Shown: one piece after another, positions 19,357 to 28,069 of the stretch | How the letters are laid out: every line of letters starts with the position of its first letter | Numbering within the stretch: position 1 is the stretch's first letter | Assembly: GCA_965197475.1 (NCBI GenBank) | Contig: CBDANF010000003.1 | Coordinates: 2,944,001-3,008,000 of the forward strand | Reading direction: 5' to 3' | From: Candidatus Poribacteria bacterium | Lineage (GTDB): Bacteria; Poribacteria; WGA-4E; WGA-3G | DNA: 64,000 bases | Program-made: the position numbers and the translations under genes | The notes under the pieces: model-generated | What the model was told of the DNA's origin: nothing | Seen by the model: the letters and a program-made list of their open reading frames with translations, nothing else | Databases searched by the model: none

Positions 19357-20064
19357 TTAACGTGCAACGGCAATTGCATCACACAGTGCAAGGTCACCGG
19401 TATACAATGCTCGTCCAATAATTGCACCGCAGGCACCGATGTCCTTCAATGCTTTAATATCAGAAAGTGAGGTAACCCCTCCTGAACCGATGACATCTGC
19501 TGACACCGCATTGACAATATCCGCAGTAGTCTCAACATTAGGTCCCTTAAGCATACCGTCGCTTTTGATGTCAGTGTAAATAAGCGTTTGCACTTCAGTC
19601 ATTTCCACAGCAAATTCAACAGCAGATTTTTGAGAAACTTCTAACCATCCGTGTGTGGCAACTATACCGTCTCTTGCGTCAATACCTACAGCGATACGTT
19701 TCCCATGTTTTGCGCAAGCCTGCTTCACCAAACTCGGTTGTTTTAGCGCAGCCGTGCCTAAAATTGCGCGGTGCACGCCTAACGCTAAAACTGCATCCAG
19801 CTGTTCCATACTCCGGATTCCGCCGCCGAGTTGCACAGGGATATCAAGCACATCAACAATTTCACGGACAATGTGTAGGTTCGCCGATTCTCCTTGAAAT
19901 GCACCGTCTAAATCAACGAGATGAAGATATTCCGCCCCCTCTGCTTGCCATCGCTTTGCCATTTCCACAGGTGAATCAGAGAAGACAGTTTCTTGTTCTG
20001 CAATACCCTGTACCAGATTTACACACTTTCCACCGCGAAGATCTATTGCGGGTAATATTTGCAT
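19357..20064 (-). CDS. hisA: 1-(5-phosphoribosyl)-5-[(5-phosphoribosylamino)methylideneamino]imidazole-4-carboxamide isomerase
   Basis: PAIDLRGGKCV, HLVDLDGA, QLGGGIRS, TDIKSDGML.GPN and GRALY motifs. Confidence 0.95.
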   Translation of the reverse strand: MQILPAIDLRGGKCVNLVQGIAEQETVFSDSPVEMAKRWQAEGAEYLHLVDLDGAFQGESANLHIVREIVDVLDIPVQLGGGIRSMEQLDAVLALGVHRAILGTAALKQPSLVKQACAKHGKRIAVGIDARDGIVATHGWLEVSQKSAVEFAVEMTEVQTLIYTDIKSDGMLKGPNVETTADIVNAVSADVIGSGGVTSLSDIKALKDIGACGAIIGRALYTGDLALCDAIAVAR

Positions 20065-20079
20065 TAAATTTCCTTTCCG

Positions 20080-21000
20080 TTATTCCTCTCGGAAAACACC
20101 GAGTAATTTTAATTGCGCTACTGAGATAATAGCAATTATGATAAAAAGCACCCAACCGATTGTCGCGGCATAGCCGAGGCGCATGAACTGAAAGCCGTTT
20201 TTATAGAGATACATCACGATGGTTGTACCAGCATCGGCAGGTTCACCGCCATTCGTTAAAATATATGGTAAGTCAAAGAGTTGGAACGAACCGATCATAG
20301 AAACAACAAAGACGAACGCTATAACTGGTCGTAAAGACGGCAGCGTGATATGCACAAACGATTGCCACCAATTCGCACCGTCAACTGCTGCTGCTTCATA
20401 TAGTTCCTGCCGAATACCCTGTAGCCCTGCTAAAAAATAGATCATGTTGAAACCTGCCCACTGCCAAACACCTGTTAGAATAACCGCTGGCATAACATAT
20501 TCTTCTTGGCTGAGCCAGCCGATTTCTTTTCCAAAAAGTATAAATTCGTTGTTGATCAATCCCGCCCGTTGGTCAAATATCAGATTAAAGATGATTGCTA
20601 CAAAAACCCCGGCAACGAGGACCGGCGTAAAAAAGGCGAGTCGTAGAAAATTCTTCCCTTTTACGAACTTTGCATTAAGCAGAATAGCAAGTAACAATGC
20701 AATCGGTAATTGGAGTATTAGGGTGCCAATGGCAAAATAGGTCGTATTCCATAATGATTTCCAAAAGATTGGATCGCTAAACAGATCGGTGAAGTTGCCA
20801 AAGCCGACAAAGATTCGACTCTGGAATCCGCGCATCTCATAAAAACTCATGATGAGCGATGAGATTAGGGGATACCCTAAAAAGATAGCAAAGAGGATGT
20901 AAAACGGGGCAATAAAAAGATAGGGAGCGATTTTCTGTTGCTGATTCCAGAAGCGGGACGTAGTCAGTTTTGTTTTCATCAATAATTCCTTTTTCCCCAA
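20080..21000 (-). CDS. Carbohydrate ABC transporter permease
   Basis: EAA motif LAGLQGIRQELYEAAAVDGA; six TM segments. Confidence 0.92.
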   Translation of the reverse strand: MGKKELLMKTKLTTSRFWNQQQKIAPYLFIAPFYILFAIFLGYPLISSLIMSFYEMRGFQSRIFVGFGNFTDLFSDPIFWKSLWNTTYFAIGTLILQLPIALLLAILLNAKFVKGKNFLRLAFFTPVLVAGVFVAIIFNLIFDQRAGLINNEFILFGKEIGWLSQEEYVMPAVILTGVWQWAGFNMIYFLAGLQGIRQELYEAAAVDGANWWQSFVHITLPSLRPVIAFVFVVSMIGSFQLFDLPYILTNGGEPADAGTTIVMYLYKNGFQFMRLGYAATIGWVLFIIIAIISVAQLKLLGVFREE

Positions 21001-22340
21001 CGTTCTTGGTCTTTTGCAATAAGTGAGCGCACCTTTTCAGCGAGTTCTGTCAAGGCTTGCCGCGGTGTCTGTTTTTCAGTAACAGCATTGAAAATTGCAT
21101 CATTCAGCAAATCCGCTGCTTCAGACCAATATGGGTTCTGATAAAGCGGCGGCAAATCGGGTGCAAGTTCAATAAACAACTTTCCAAGTGGCTGCCCGCC
21201 CAAGTAAGTATCTGATTTTTTAAAAATTGGTGCATCCCATGCATCTTTGAGTGGTGGAATAATCCGCGTCGTTTCATAACGGTTAATCAATCCTGCCCTA
21301 TCAAAGTAGGTAAATTTCAGAAGTTCCCATGCAAGGTCTGGATTCTTGCACTGTTTTGTAATCCCGATCATTGTTCCGCCGCGAGTGGAAGTACGTCTGC
21401 CACCGGGCATCCACGCAGGCATACTGATAGCCTTCCATTTGCCGGACATCCGCTGGACTTGACTTTTGAGGAGGCCGACATACCAATCCGGGGCAAGCAC
21501 AGAAAGTATTTTTCCGTCTTGCATTGCAGCGTAGTTACTCGGATGTCCATGCCATGTGCCGTAAACTGGTGTGGCAATTTCGTGTTCATTAAATAACGAT
21601 GTAAAAAATTCCAATGTTTCAATTGCAATATCGCTATCAATTATTACGTTCCCATCAACATCAAAAAAGCCACCACCCCGTTGAAGCAATAGGTTAAAAT
21701 AGTCGCTTTCTGTCTTGCTATCAAGCACAATCGCATATTGGTCAATTTTACCGTCGCCATCGAGATCGCGAGTTGCTTTTTTTGCCGCAACAATAAAGTC
21801 ATCCCACGTTTCAATTTCGGTCATCTCAACACCAGCAGCTTTAAATAAGTCATCACGATAAAGAAGGACAACAGGATGCAAGTCGTGAGGAATACCAAAA
21901 ATTCTGTCACGGTAAGACCAAGGTGTAAAACGACTGAGGACCAATTTATCCATCCAACCTTCCTTTTCTAAACGGGGACGTAAGTCAATAAAACCGACTT
22001 CATCTATTGCCCCTTTGAGGAAACGACCGATAGATGCAATCTCAACTTCAACAACGTCTGGTGCACCGAAATCGGATAATAAGGCGGTGAGGAGTTTATC
22101 GTGCATCGTGTCGCCATAATTGATAAGTTGCACGTTAACTTCCGGATGCTGTGTCTCAAAAATTGGTAAACGTGCTTGATATTCCTCGTAATGGGTAGGG
22201 GCGAAAATCCAAAATTCTAAATTCTCCCCCTTTTCTTTAGCAGGAGCAAAAACAAAGACCGAAGAAATAAGGAAAAGAATTAACATCACCATCGGACCCT
22301 TGCCAAGTGGGAAACTGTCTATATCATATAGGAAGCGCAT
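20979..22340 (-). CDS. Sugar ABC transporter substrate-binding protein
   Basis: APDVVEVE, GIPHD..P..LLYRDDLF..AGV, WDDF and GGT.IGI motifs; adjacent to the permease. Confidence 0.88.
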   Translation of the reverse strand: MRFLYDIDSFPLGKGPMVMLILFLISSVFVFAPAKEKGENLEFWIFAPTHYEEYQARLPIFETQHPEVNVQLINYGDTMHDKLLTALLSDFGAPDVVEVEIASIGRFLKGAIDEVGFIDLRPRLEKEGWMDKLVLSRFTPWSYRDRIFGIPHDLHPVVLLYRDDLFKAAGVEMTEIETWDDFIVAAKKATRDLDGDGKIDQYAIVLDSKTESDYFNLLLQRGGGFFDVDGNVIIDSDIAIETLEFFTSLFNEHEIATPVYGTWHGHPSNYAAMQDGKILSVLAPDWYVGLLKSQVQRMSGKWKAISMPAWMPGGRRTSTRGGTMIGITKQCKNPDLAWELLKFTYFDRAGLINRYETTRIIPPLKDAWDAPIFKKSDTYLGGQPLGKLFIELAPDLPPLYQNPYWSEAADLLNDAIFNAVTEKQTPRQALTELAEKVRSLIAKDQERWGKRNY

Positions 22341-22475
22341 AAAATGCCTCTAATGTAAAACTTGACGTAATTTCGGTGTATTGGCAAATTTGACTTGACA
22401 ATTTCACGATAAACCATTAGAATTTAATCAAAACATGTTCTTTTTATCAACTAAGAAATGGAGGACAATGGTTAT

Positions 22476-22775
22476 ATGCCTACTTACGACTATAAGTGTC
22501 TTGAGTGTGATGTTCAGTTTGAGAAGTTTCAGGGTATTACAGCACCACCACTTGAAGAATGCCCCGAATGTGGCGGTAAAGTTAAACGACTCATCGGGGC
22601 AGGCGCAGGATTGATTTTCAAAGGGTCCGGCTTCTATATCACTGATCACCGGAGTGAAGGATACAAGGAATCCGCAAAGAAAGATAAAAACCCACCGTCA
22701 GAAAAAAGCGATAAAAAAGAAAAGAAAACTGACACAAGTAGCGAATCGAAAAGTAAATCCAGTGACTCTGACTAA
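22476..22775 (+). CDS. FmdB-family zinc-ribbon protein
   Basis: MPTYDYKCLEC...CPECGG...LIFKGSGFYITD plus a K/S-rich tail. Confidence 0.9.
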   Translation: MPTYDYKCLECDVQFEKFQGITAPPLEECPECGGKVKRLIGAGAGLIFKGSGFYITDHRSEGYKESAKKDKNPPSEKSDKKEKKTDTSSESKSKSSDSD

Positions 22776-22820
22776 AAAGTGGATTGTCCATTATGTTGCC
22801 AATCACTTTAAGGAGACACT

Positions 22821-23768
22821 TTGCCAAATCATATCCATCAGCATCATCAGCATCAAGACGAACCACATGTGCATAGCCATCAGACACATCTGCAGAAAAA
22901 ATTTAAAATTGCAGTGTTAGTAACGTTTTTAGTCTTCCTTGGAGAAGTTATCGGAGGAATCTGGTCAGGAAGTCTCGCGTTGCTAAGTGACGCTGCGCAT
23001 GTGATGTCGGATGTTCTCTCGCTTCTAATCAGTTGGTTGGCAATCTATCTATCAACACGTCCTGCAACATCATCTCGGACTTTCGGCTATCATCGTGCGG
23101 AGGTTTTCGCTGCGTTTATCAACGGCGTTTCACTCATCGGTATCTCCGGTTGGATTTTTTACGAAGCGTACCAACGATACAATTCACCGGAGGATATAAA
23201 GGTGACAGGGATGTTTGTTGTTGCATGTCTCGGCTTGGTTGCGAACCTGTTTATCTTGTGGCAACTACACGGTGAGAGCCATGGCAACCTAAACGTTCGG
23301 AGCGCGGTGCTTCATGTGGTAGGCGATACGCTTTCTTCTGTTGCTGTTGTCGTCGGCGGAGTGATCATTTTTTTCACAGGATGGTATCCAATTGATGCGA
23401 TCCTCAGTTTCGTTATCGGTGGGATAATTCTTTTCGGTGCCATTAACGTAACAAAAGAAGCGGTGCATATTCTGCTTGAGAATTCGCCACGGAATACTGA
23501 CGCTCACACGGTGGCAAAACACCTCTGTGATTTAGCCCCGGTGAAAGATGTTCATGACATGCACATTTGGTCGCTCTGTTCTAACTATAGTGCATTAAGC
23601 GCGCACATTGTCATTAACGAAAATTCTACGCTGCCTCATGATCAAATTCTCAAACAGATTAACGCAGAATTACAAAAACGTTTCGGCATCAACCATACAA
23701 CCCTTCAATTAGAACGGATCGCGTGTACACAAGCAGGCAACCTGCTATGCAACGCGCAACATTCGTAG
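22821..23768 (+). CDS. Cation diffusion facilitator (CzcD/ZitB-like)
   Basis: His-rich N-terminus; SLALLSDAAHVMSD, TFGYHRAE, LHVVGD, VHDMHIW and HTTLQLE motifs. Confidence 0.92.
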   Translation: MPNHIHQHHQHQDEPHVHSHQTHLQKKFKIAVLVTFLVFLGEVIGGIWSGSLALLSDAAHVMSDVLSLLISWLAIYLSTRPATSSRTFGYHRAEVFAAFINGVSLIGISGWIFYEAYQRYNSPEDIKVTGMFVVACLGLVANLFILWQLHGESHGNLNVRSAVLHVVGDTLSSVAVVVGGVIIFFTGWYPIDAILSFVIGGIILFGAINVTKEAVHILLENSPRNTDAHTVAKHLCDLAPVKDVHDMHIWSLCSNYSALSAHIVINENSTLPHDQILKQINAELQKRFGINHTTLQLERIACTQAGNLLCNAQHS

Positions 23769-23785
23769 CATCACACGAAAATAGA

Positions 23786-24364
23786 TTAACTGTGTTCTTC
23801 TTTTAAACGGTGTGCTTTCCGTATAAGGGAGGTATCTTTAGCAAACTTTTGGGTTGCTTGCACGAGTCCGTCTACATGCGATACCATATCCTTTTCAACC
23901 TGCACAATACGATTCATAAGATAAGGTTGATTGCTTTCTTGAATTGCTTTTCTCATTATAGAGAGTAGATACATATAGATAGTATCTGTTTCGCTTCCCT
24001 CAATGGCAATGGCTATTTCAAACGCCTCGTCCAATGAAATTCTCCCACTTTCTACCTTCGATTCGTGTGTATTTAGAGCGTCTGTGATTTTTTGAATCGA
24101 TATATCAGGCAGTAGTGCTATCGGTGATGAAGATTCATCTGTGTCCGCAGAAGATATAGGCGTGTCAATGCCGAACGCTTCTATACATAAAGCACGACCA
24201 AAATCCACAAGAATATAGTGTTGCCACTCCTCCGTACTCATCCTTTCCCAAAATCTCGCTATCCGTTCATCAACATCTCCCAAAAGTAGCGCGAAAGAGG
24301 CGTATAATTTTGCTTGTCGCAGCTCAAGGTCTTGGCATACATCAAAAAGGTCTTCTAATGTCAA
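23786..24364 (-). CDS. Ferritin/rubrerythrin-like hypothetical protein
   Basis: E....LY...EEWQH and EIAIAIE helix pattern. Confidence 0.5.
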   Translation of the reverse strand: MTLEDLFDVCQDLELRQAKLYASFALLLGDVDERIARFWERMSTEEWQHYILVDFGRALCIEAFGIDTPISSADTDESSSPIALLPDISIQKITDALNTHESKVESGRISLDEAFEIAIAIEGSETDTIYMYLLSIMRKAIQESNQPYLMNRIVQVEKDMVSHVDGLVQATQKFAKDTSLIRKAHRLKEEHS

Positions 24365-24421
24365 TGGTTCTCCTTTCTTAATTAGGTAGTAGGCACACGC
24401 CGATGTGCCAAAACTAATTGT

Positions 24422-25459
24422 CTACATTTGAAGCGGCAAAGGAATTGCCGCACCCGATAACATACTCCGCGTAACCGCCTCCGTAAACTCCATATACTTA
24501 ACGCCAGTGTCAAAGTCGGTATGTGTGATAACCTCCCCGCCACGGATAGCGTTCACAAATTCCTCTTCTACTCGCCACGCACCTTCCTCCTCAGTGGGAA
24601 TATCAATCTCATTTAGTTCATCATCTTCTTTTTGTCCACCGTAGACTTTATTTCCTGAAAATCTCAAGGTTCCTTGACTGCCAAAAATAAAAACCTCTGG
24701 TGCACCTACCAACCCTGTTACAGCGGAAATTTGCATGTGAAGTTGTGCACCACAAGCGAGTTCCCCAACAACATCAATATGTTCCGGAATTCGCACCGCA
24801 CGCATCACGTCTTCAGCATCAGGACGCATTTTGACGAATGTTTTACCCATCGCCATAACTCTTGTCGCTTCTCCGACCCAACGCATCAACGCCTCATACC
24901 AAATTCCCATGCTCATGATGTTCATGCCACTCAGGTCAAAATCTTGCCGCCACTGCAGCGGTGCTTCGCTATCCAGAAACGCACCGCCTGCACGCACTTC
25001 AACGGCAAGCACCTCTCCGATATATCTGTCTGTGATGTGCCGCTTTATAGTGTTATCCACTCGGAGTGTCATCGGTGATGGGACAATTTGCGCGGTAAGT
25101 TGCGATTTCCGACGTGCCATCAAACGCATCGCGTGTGCCTCACGGGCATTCATTGCCATCCGTGCTTCACACATCACGTGCTTATTTGCCATAAGTGCTG
25201 AAACTGTTGCACGGCAGTGCATGTAGGGCCATGTCCCGATAACAATCGCATTCGTTTCTTTATCGGCAATTGCATCCTGCCAGTTGTCGTAGATTTTAGG
25301 GATTCCGAACTCGTCTGCTACGCGCTGCGATGACTCTCGACTCCGATTACAAACGCCGATAATCTCAACGCCTTCAATCGCTTGTAGTCCAGGGATATGT
25401 CGTGATTTTGTGTTTCTGCCTGCGCCGATGATACCGACTCGGACTGTTTCTGATGCCAC
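24422..25459 (-). CDS. Gfo/Idh/MocA-family oxidoreductase
   Basis: VGIIGAG, IVIGTWPYMH and KHVMCEARMA motifs. Confidence 0.88.
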   Translation of the reverse strand: MASETVRVGIIGAGRNTKSRHIPGLQAIEGVEIIGVCNRSRESSQRVADEFGIPKIYDNWQDAIADKETNAIVIGTWPYMHCRATVSALMANKHVMCEARMAMNAREAHAMRLMARRKSQLTAQIVPSPMTLRVDNTIKRHITDRYIGEVLAVEVRAGGAFLDSEAPLQWRQDFDLSGMNIMSMGIWYEALMRWVGEATRVMAMGKTFVKMRPDAEDVMRAVRIPEHIDVVGELACGAQLHMQISAVTGLVGAPEVFIFGSQGTLRFSGNKVYGGQKEDDELNEIDIPTEEEGAWRVEEEFVNAIRGGEVITHTDFDTGVKYMEFTEAVTRSMLSGAAIPLPLQM

Positions 25460-25478
25460 TTAATTTGCTCCTTGCTAT

Positions 25479-25661
25479 TTAGGTAACAGGCGTTTCGGAT
25501 TTCTTCTTACGAGATGTACAGAAATCTGCATATTTCACACTTTGCTTCAACCGTTTCTCCTGCCGACGCATCACAAATTCTTTATAGGTCTCCAGGTCAC
25601 CAAAGATGGCGACGAGACGCGCCTTGGCCTGTCGAATGTCTTCCACTGGATTTTTACACAT
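25479..25661 (-). CDS. Small hypothetical protein (60 aa)
   Basis: GGAGG RBS upstream; NPVEDIRQAK pattern seen in small partner proteins. May be the remnant of a two-gene module. Confidence 0.45.
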   Translation of the reverse strand: MCKNPVEDIRQAKARLVAIFGDLETYKEFVMRRQEKRLKQSVKYADFCTSRKKKSETPVT

Positions 25662-25713
25662 TAGAGTGCCTCCATTATCGCTTTTGGTGAGTCAACGTGA
25701 GGCGGTGAATAAT

Positions 25714-25833
25714 AGGGTTATTTAGTTCTCCATATTTTTGGTTATTCTTGAATGTCCCTCTTGCTTGTAGGAGCGAGCTCCGCTCGCGACTTTTTGACGA
25801 AAATGTGCAAAAACCCTAAAACTAAATAACCCT
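25714..25833. mobile_element. MITE-like element with 14-bp TIRs enclosing a REP
   Basis: AGGGTTATTTAGTT / AACTAAATAACCCT. Internal GTAGGAGCGAGCTCCGCTCGC at 25767. A similar end, CAGAGTTATTTAGTT, occurs at 62331. Confidence 0.6.
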
Positions 25834-25871
25834 GGCGTGTCACGTTATCGTGATACGCTTTATTTTTTTAC

Positions 25872-25927
25872 TGATAACCTAACTAATCTGTTTCAACTAA
25901 TTTTGAAACGGATTAGTTAGGTTATCA
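25872..25927. repeat. 56-bp near-perfect palindrome (25-bp arms, 6-nt loop)
   Basis: TGATAACCTAACTAATCTGTTTCAA-CTAATT-TTGAAACGGATTAGTTAGGTTATCA, one mismatch. Confidence 0.9.
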
Positions 25928-25950
25928 AGTTGTTATAAGAAATAAAACAC

Positions 25951-26172
25951 TTATTTCTTATCAGATGGTTTTTCACTACTCGGTTTATCTTCAGATGGTT
26001 TTTCAACAGGTTTGGTAGGTTCTATATTAGGCTTGTTATCAGGTAATACTCTATCTGGTAAAACTATAATTTCAGGCGGATTTTGTGATTTTTTCACTCT
26101 AACTGTAACCATAGGTTTACTCTTATTGGGCGTATCCGCTCGTGATCGGCTATTTGGTTTCTGGTTTTTCAC
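25951..26172 (-). CDS. Small K/P-rich hypothetical protein
   Basis: GGAGG RBS, GTG start, low-complexity EKPS repeats; follows the membrane-protein gene. Confidence 0.5.
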   Translation of the reverse strand: MKNQKPNSRSRADTPNKSKPMVTVRVKKSQNPPEIIVLPDRVLPDNKPNIEPTKPVEKPSEDKPSSEKPSDKK

Positions 26173-26185
26173 AATAGGCCTCCAT

Positions 26186-26671
26186 TTAATTGATCTGATT
26201 AATAAAATTATCTTGATTTAATATAATAAATAACGAAGTTAGTATCAGGGCTGCAATATAGAGTATGACTGAAAAAAATCTAAGAAGATCAACGCGCACT
26301 GAAAATATATTTTTTTCACCTAATACACTGGTATCTCCTAGCAAATAATATTTTACAATACGTTCTCTCTGAAATCGCAACGCTTTTTTTGCAGGCGAAT
26401 ACGATACCAGATTTAGAACAATTGCAGTAATAAAACAAAACCATGAACTAAACAGCACCCAATTATTTGATGATGTTGATAAATTGATAATACCTTTAAT
26501 AAATGCAATAGAAAAACCTAGTCCAGCACTTGAAAGTGTAAATAAATATTTGTCAACTTGTTCATAAAGCGAAAACTCTCGTTTAGATACCTCTTTCTGC
26601 ATTTCAATATAGGTATTAAATGTTCTGTCATCAATTTCATGTTCATGTTCAGATTCATGTTCAGAATTCAT
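26186..26671 (-). CDS. AT-rich membrane protein (about 3 TM segments), hypothetical
   Basis: DKYLFTLSSAGLGFSIAFI and two further hydrophobic segments; low GC. Confidence 0.65.
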   Translation of the reverse strand: MNSEHESEHEHEIDDRTFNTYIEMQKEVSKREFSLYEQVDKYLFTLSSAGLGFSIAFIKGIINLSTSSNNWVLFSSWFCFITAIVLNLVSYSPAKKALRFQRERIVKYYLLGDTSVLGEKNIFSVRVDLLRFFSVILYIAALILTSLFIILNQDNFINQIN

Positions 26672-26684
26672 AAAGATACTTACC

Positions 26685-26713
26685 TTGCAGTTTTTAAGTT
26701 GTTACGGTATAAT
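26685..26713 (+). promoter_or_regulatory. sigma70 promoter directly upstream of the tRNA-like pair
   Basis: TTGCAG-17 bp-TATAAT; predicted start ~26719-26720. Confidence 0.65.
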
Positions 26714-26718
26714 ATATA

Positions 26719-26793
26719 ACCCCCGTAGCTCAAATGGATTAGAGCAACTCTTTGCCGAAGGGTAGGTTATGGGTTCAAGTTCCATCGGGTCTT
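26719..26793 (+). tRNA. Irregular/pseudo tRNA: Arg-like body, anticodon loop TTGCCGA (GCC)
   Basis: TAGCTC-AAATGGATTA-GAGC D-arm, ACTCT/AGGGT anticodon stem and ATGGG-TTCAAGT-TCCAT T-arm. Acceptor stem has two mismatches. Confidence 0.6.
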
Positions 26794-26804
26794 ATATATA
26801 ATAC

Positions 26805-26891
26805 AAGCATGTGCAGGAGTGGTCGAACTGAATTTCTTTGCAAGGAAATAGTCTTTTTGACTCACGGGGGTTCGAATCCCATCCCGCCTCA
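26805..26891 (+). tRNA. Irregular/pseudo type-II tRNA (long variable arm), loop containing TTGCAA (GCA)
   Basis: CAG-GAGTGGTCGAA-CTG D-arm, ATTTC/GAAAT stem, AGTC-TTTTT-GACT variable arm and GG-TTCGAAT-CC T-loop. Acceptor stem pairs poorly. Confidence 0.5.
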
Positions 26892-26920
26892 TACACTTTG
26901 TACTATTGTACTTACGTATT

Positions 26921-26950
26921 AGTATACAATAATTCAATACAGTTTGTCAA
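26921..26950 (-). promoter_or_regulatory. sigma70 promoter facing the tRNA-like pair (antisense)
   Basis: Minus strand TTGACA-18 bp-TATACT. Confidence 0.6.
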
Positions 26951-26972
26951 GTGTAACTCAAGTTGCTGCCTA

Positions 26973-27029
26973 TGTAGCGTAAACTTCCACTTTGTGTCAT
27001 AAGGGAGCAAACTGGAAGTTTACGCTACA
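26973..27029. repeat. REP doublet (REPIN-like inverted pair)
   Basis: TGTAGCGTAAACTTCCACTTTG ... CAAACTGGAAGTTTACGCTACA; 22-bp arms, one mismatch. Confidence 0.75.
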
Positions 27030-27083
27030 GTAGTGTCCAAATAATTATGGATTTTACTATAAAGGTTCTTAATGGATTAGTTT

Positions 27084-28025
27084 CTATTTCAGTTCTGCAT
27101 CAGCTTTAGTCAACAAAAGTATGTTTGATGCCGTTAGGTGAAGCGCGTAAGCAGCTAAGTACTCTGGTACTGTTGTTATTTCTGGTCCCTGTCCGTGTCC
27201 GGACTCGCGATTGCGAACTGTAGGAAGTCCATCCTTTAATGTATTTTTCAATGTTTTTTTCAACGCTGAAAAGTGTGATTCCAAGTAAGTTGGAATCAAT
27301 TCATTGTCAAATACGATCTCAATTAGATCCTTGGCAGTAGCTCTATTTTCATCGTAGTGCCATCCTCTCTTTTTACAAATTCCTTTGAGGCAACTCTCAA
27401 ATGCTTTGAGACATTCATTCATACATTCCTTGTATCTGTGCTTTCGGTAATGTTGGTGTGCATTTAAGAATTCTTCTTTTGCGCCTTCATACATTGGATC
27501 GGAAAGGAAAGTCAGCACAGGTTTTACCACTTCGGTGTGAATAAACTGAGAATCAACTTTAATTATTTGACCAGATTCATACTGATACCCTACACCGTGC
27601 TCGCGAAATCGATTATTTAGTTCATCAATCGCTTGATCAGGTGGAACATTCGAACAGAAGTGTTTATTATTATCTGAAACCTCTGGGTCAAAACATCGAA
27701 ACGAGAACTCAATGACATCAATCACCTTTTCTGTTTCTTTTGTGTCCAGGAAAAAATTACAGACTCTCTGAAAAAGATCTTCCTCTTCACCAAGTGAAAT
27801 CATGCCATATTCACGACACAATTTATTGTGGATGAATGCATACGCTTCATAGGCATACTCATCGCTTATGTTATAGTAATTACACTCAATTTCCCCATAC
27901 TCATCTTTCCAGATATGGATTACTTGTATCCGTAATTCCTCTGGAATAGTTTCATGCTGGTACACATCAGGAACTTCACCACGTATTCGCTTCTGGCGTT
28001 TTGAAAAAAGTTCATAGTTTTTCAT
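27084..28025 (-). CDS. STM4504/CBY_0614-like abortive-infection-associated protein
   Basis: LFSKRQKR..GEVPDVY, LNNRFREHGVGY and C-terminal RN..SGHGQG (HEPN/Abi_C-like) motifs. Confidence 0.7.
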   Translation of the reverse strand: MKNYELFSKRQKRIRGEVPDVYQHETIPEELRIQVIHIWKDEYGEIECNYYNISDEYAYEAYAFIHNKLCREYGMISLGEEEDLFQRVCNFFLDTKETEKVIDVIEFSFRCFDPEVSDNNKHFCSNVPPDQAIDELNNRFREHGVGYQYESGQIIKVDSQFIHTEVVKPVLTFLSDPMYEGAKEEFLNAHQHYRKHRYKECMNECLKAFESCLKGICKKRGWHYDENRATAKDLIEIVFDNELIPTYLESHFSALKKTLKNTLKDGLPTVRNRESGHGQGPEITTVPEYLAAYALHLTASNILLLTKADAELK

Positions 28026-28069
28026 ATTGTTTTCCTTTCTTCGTTCTATAAATATTCTATTTCACAAGA

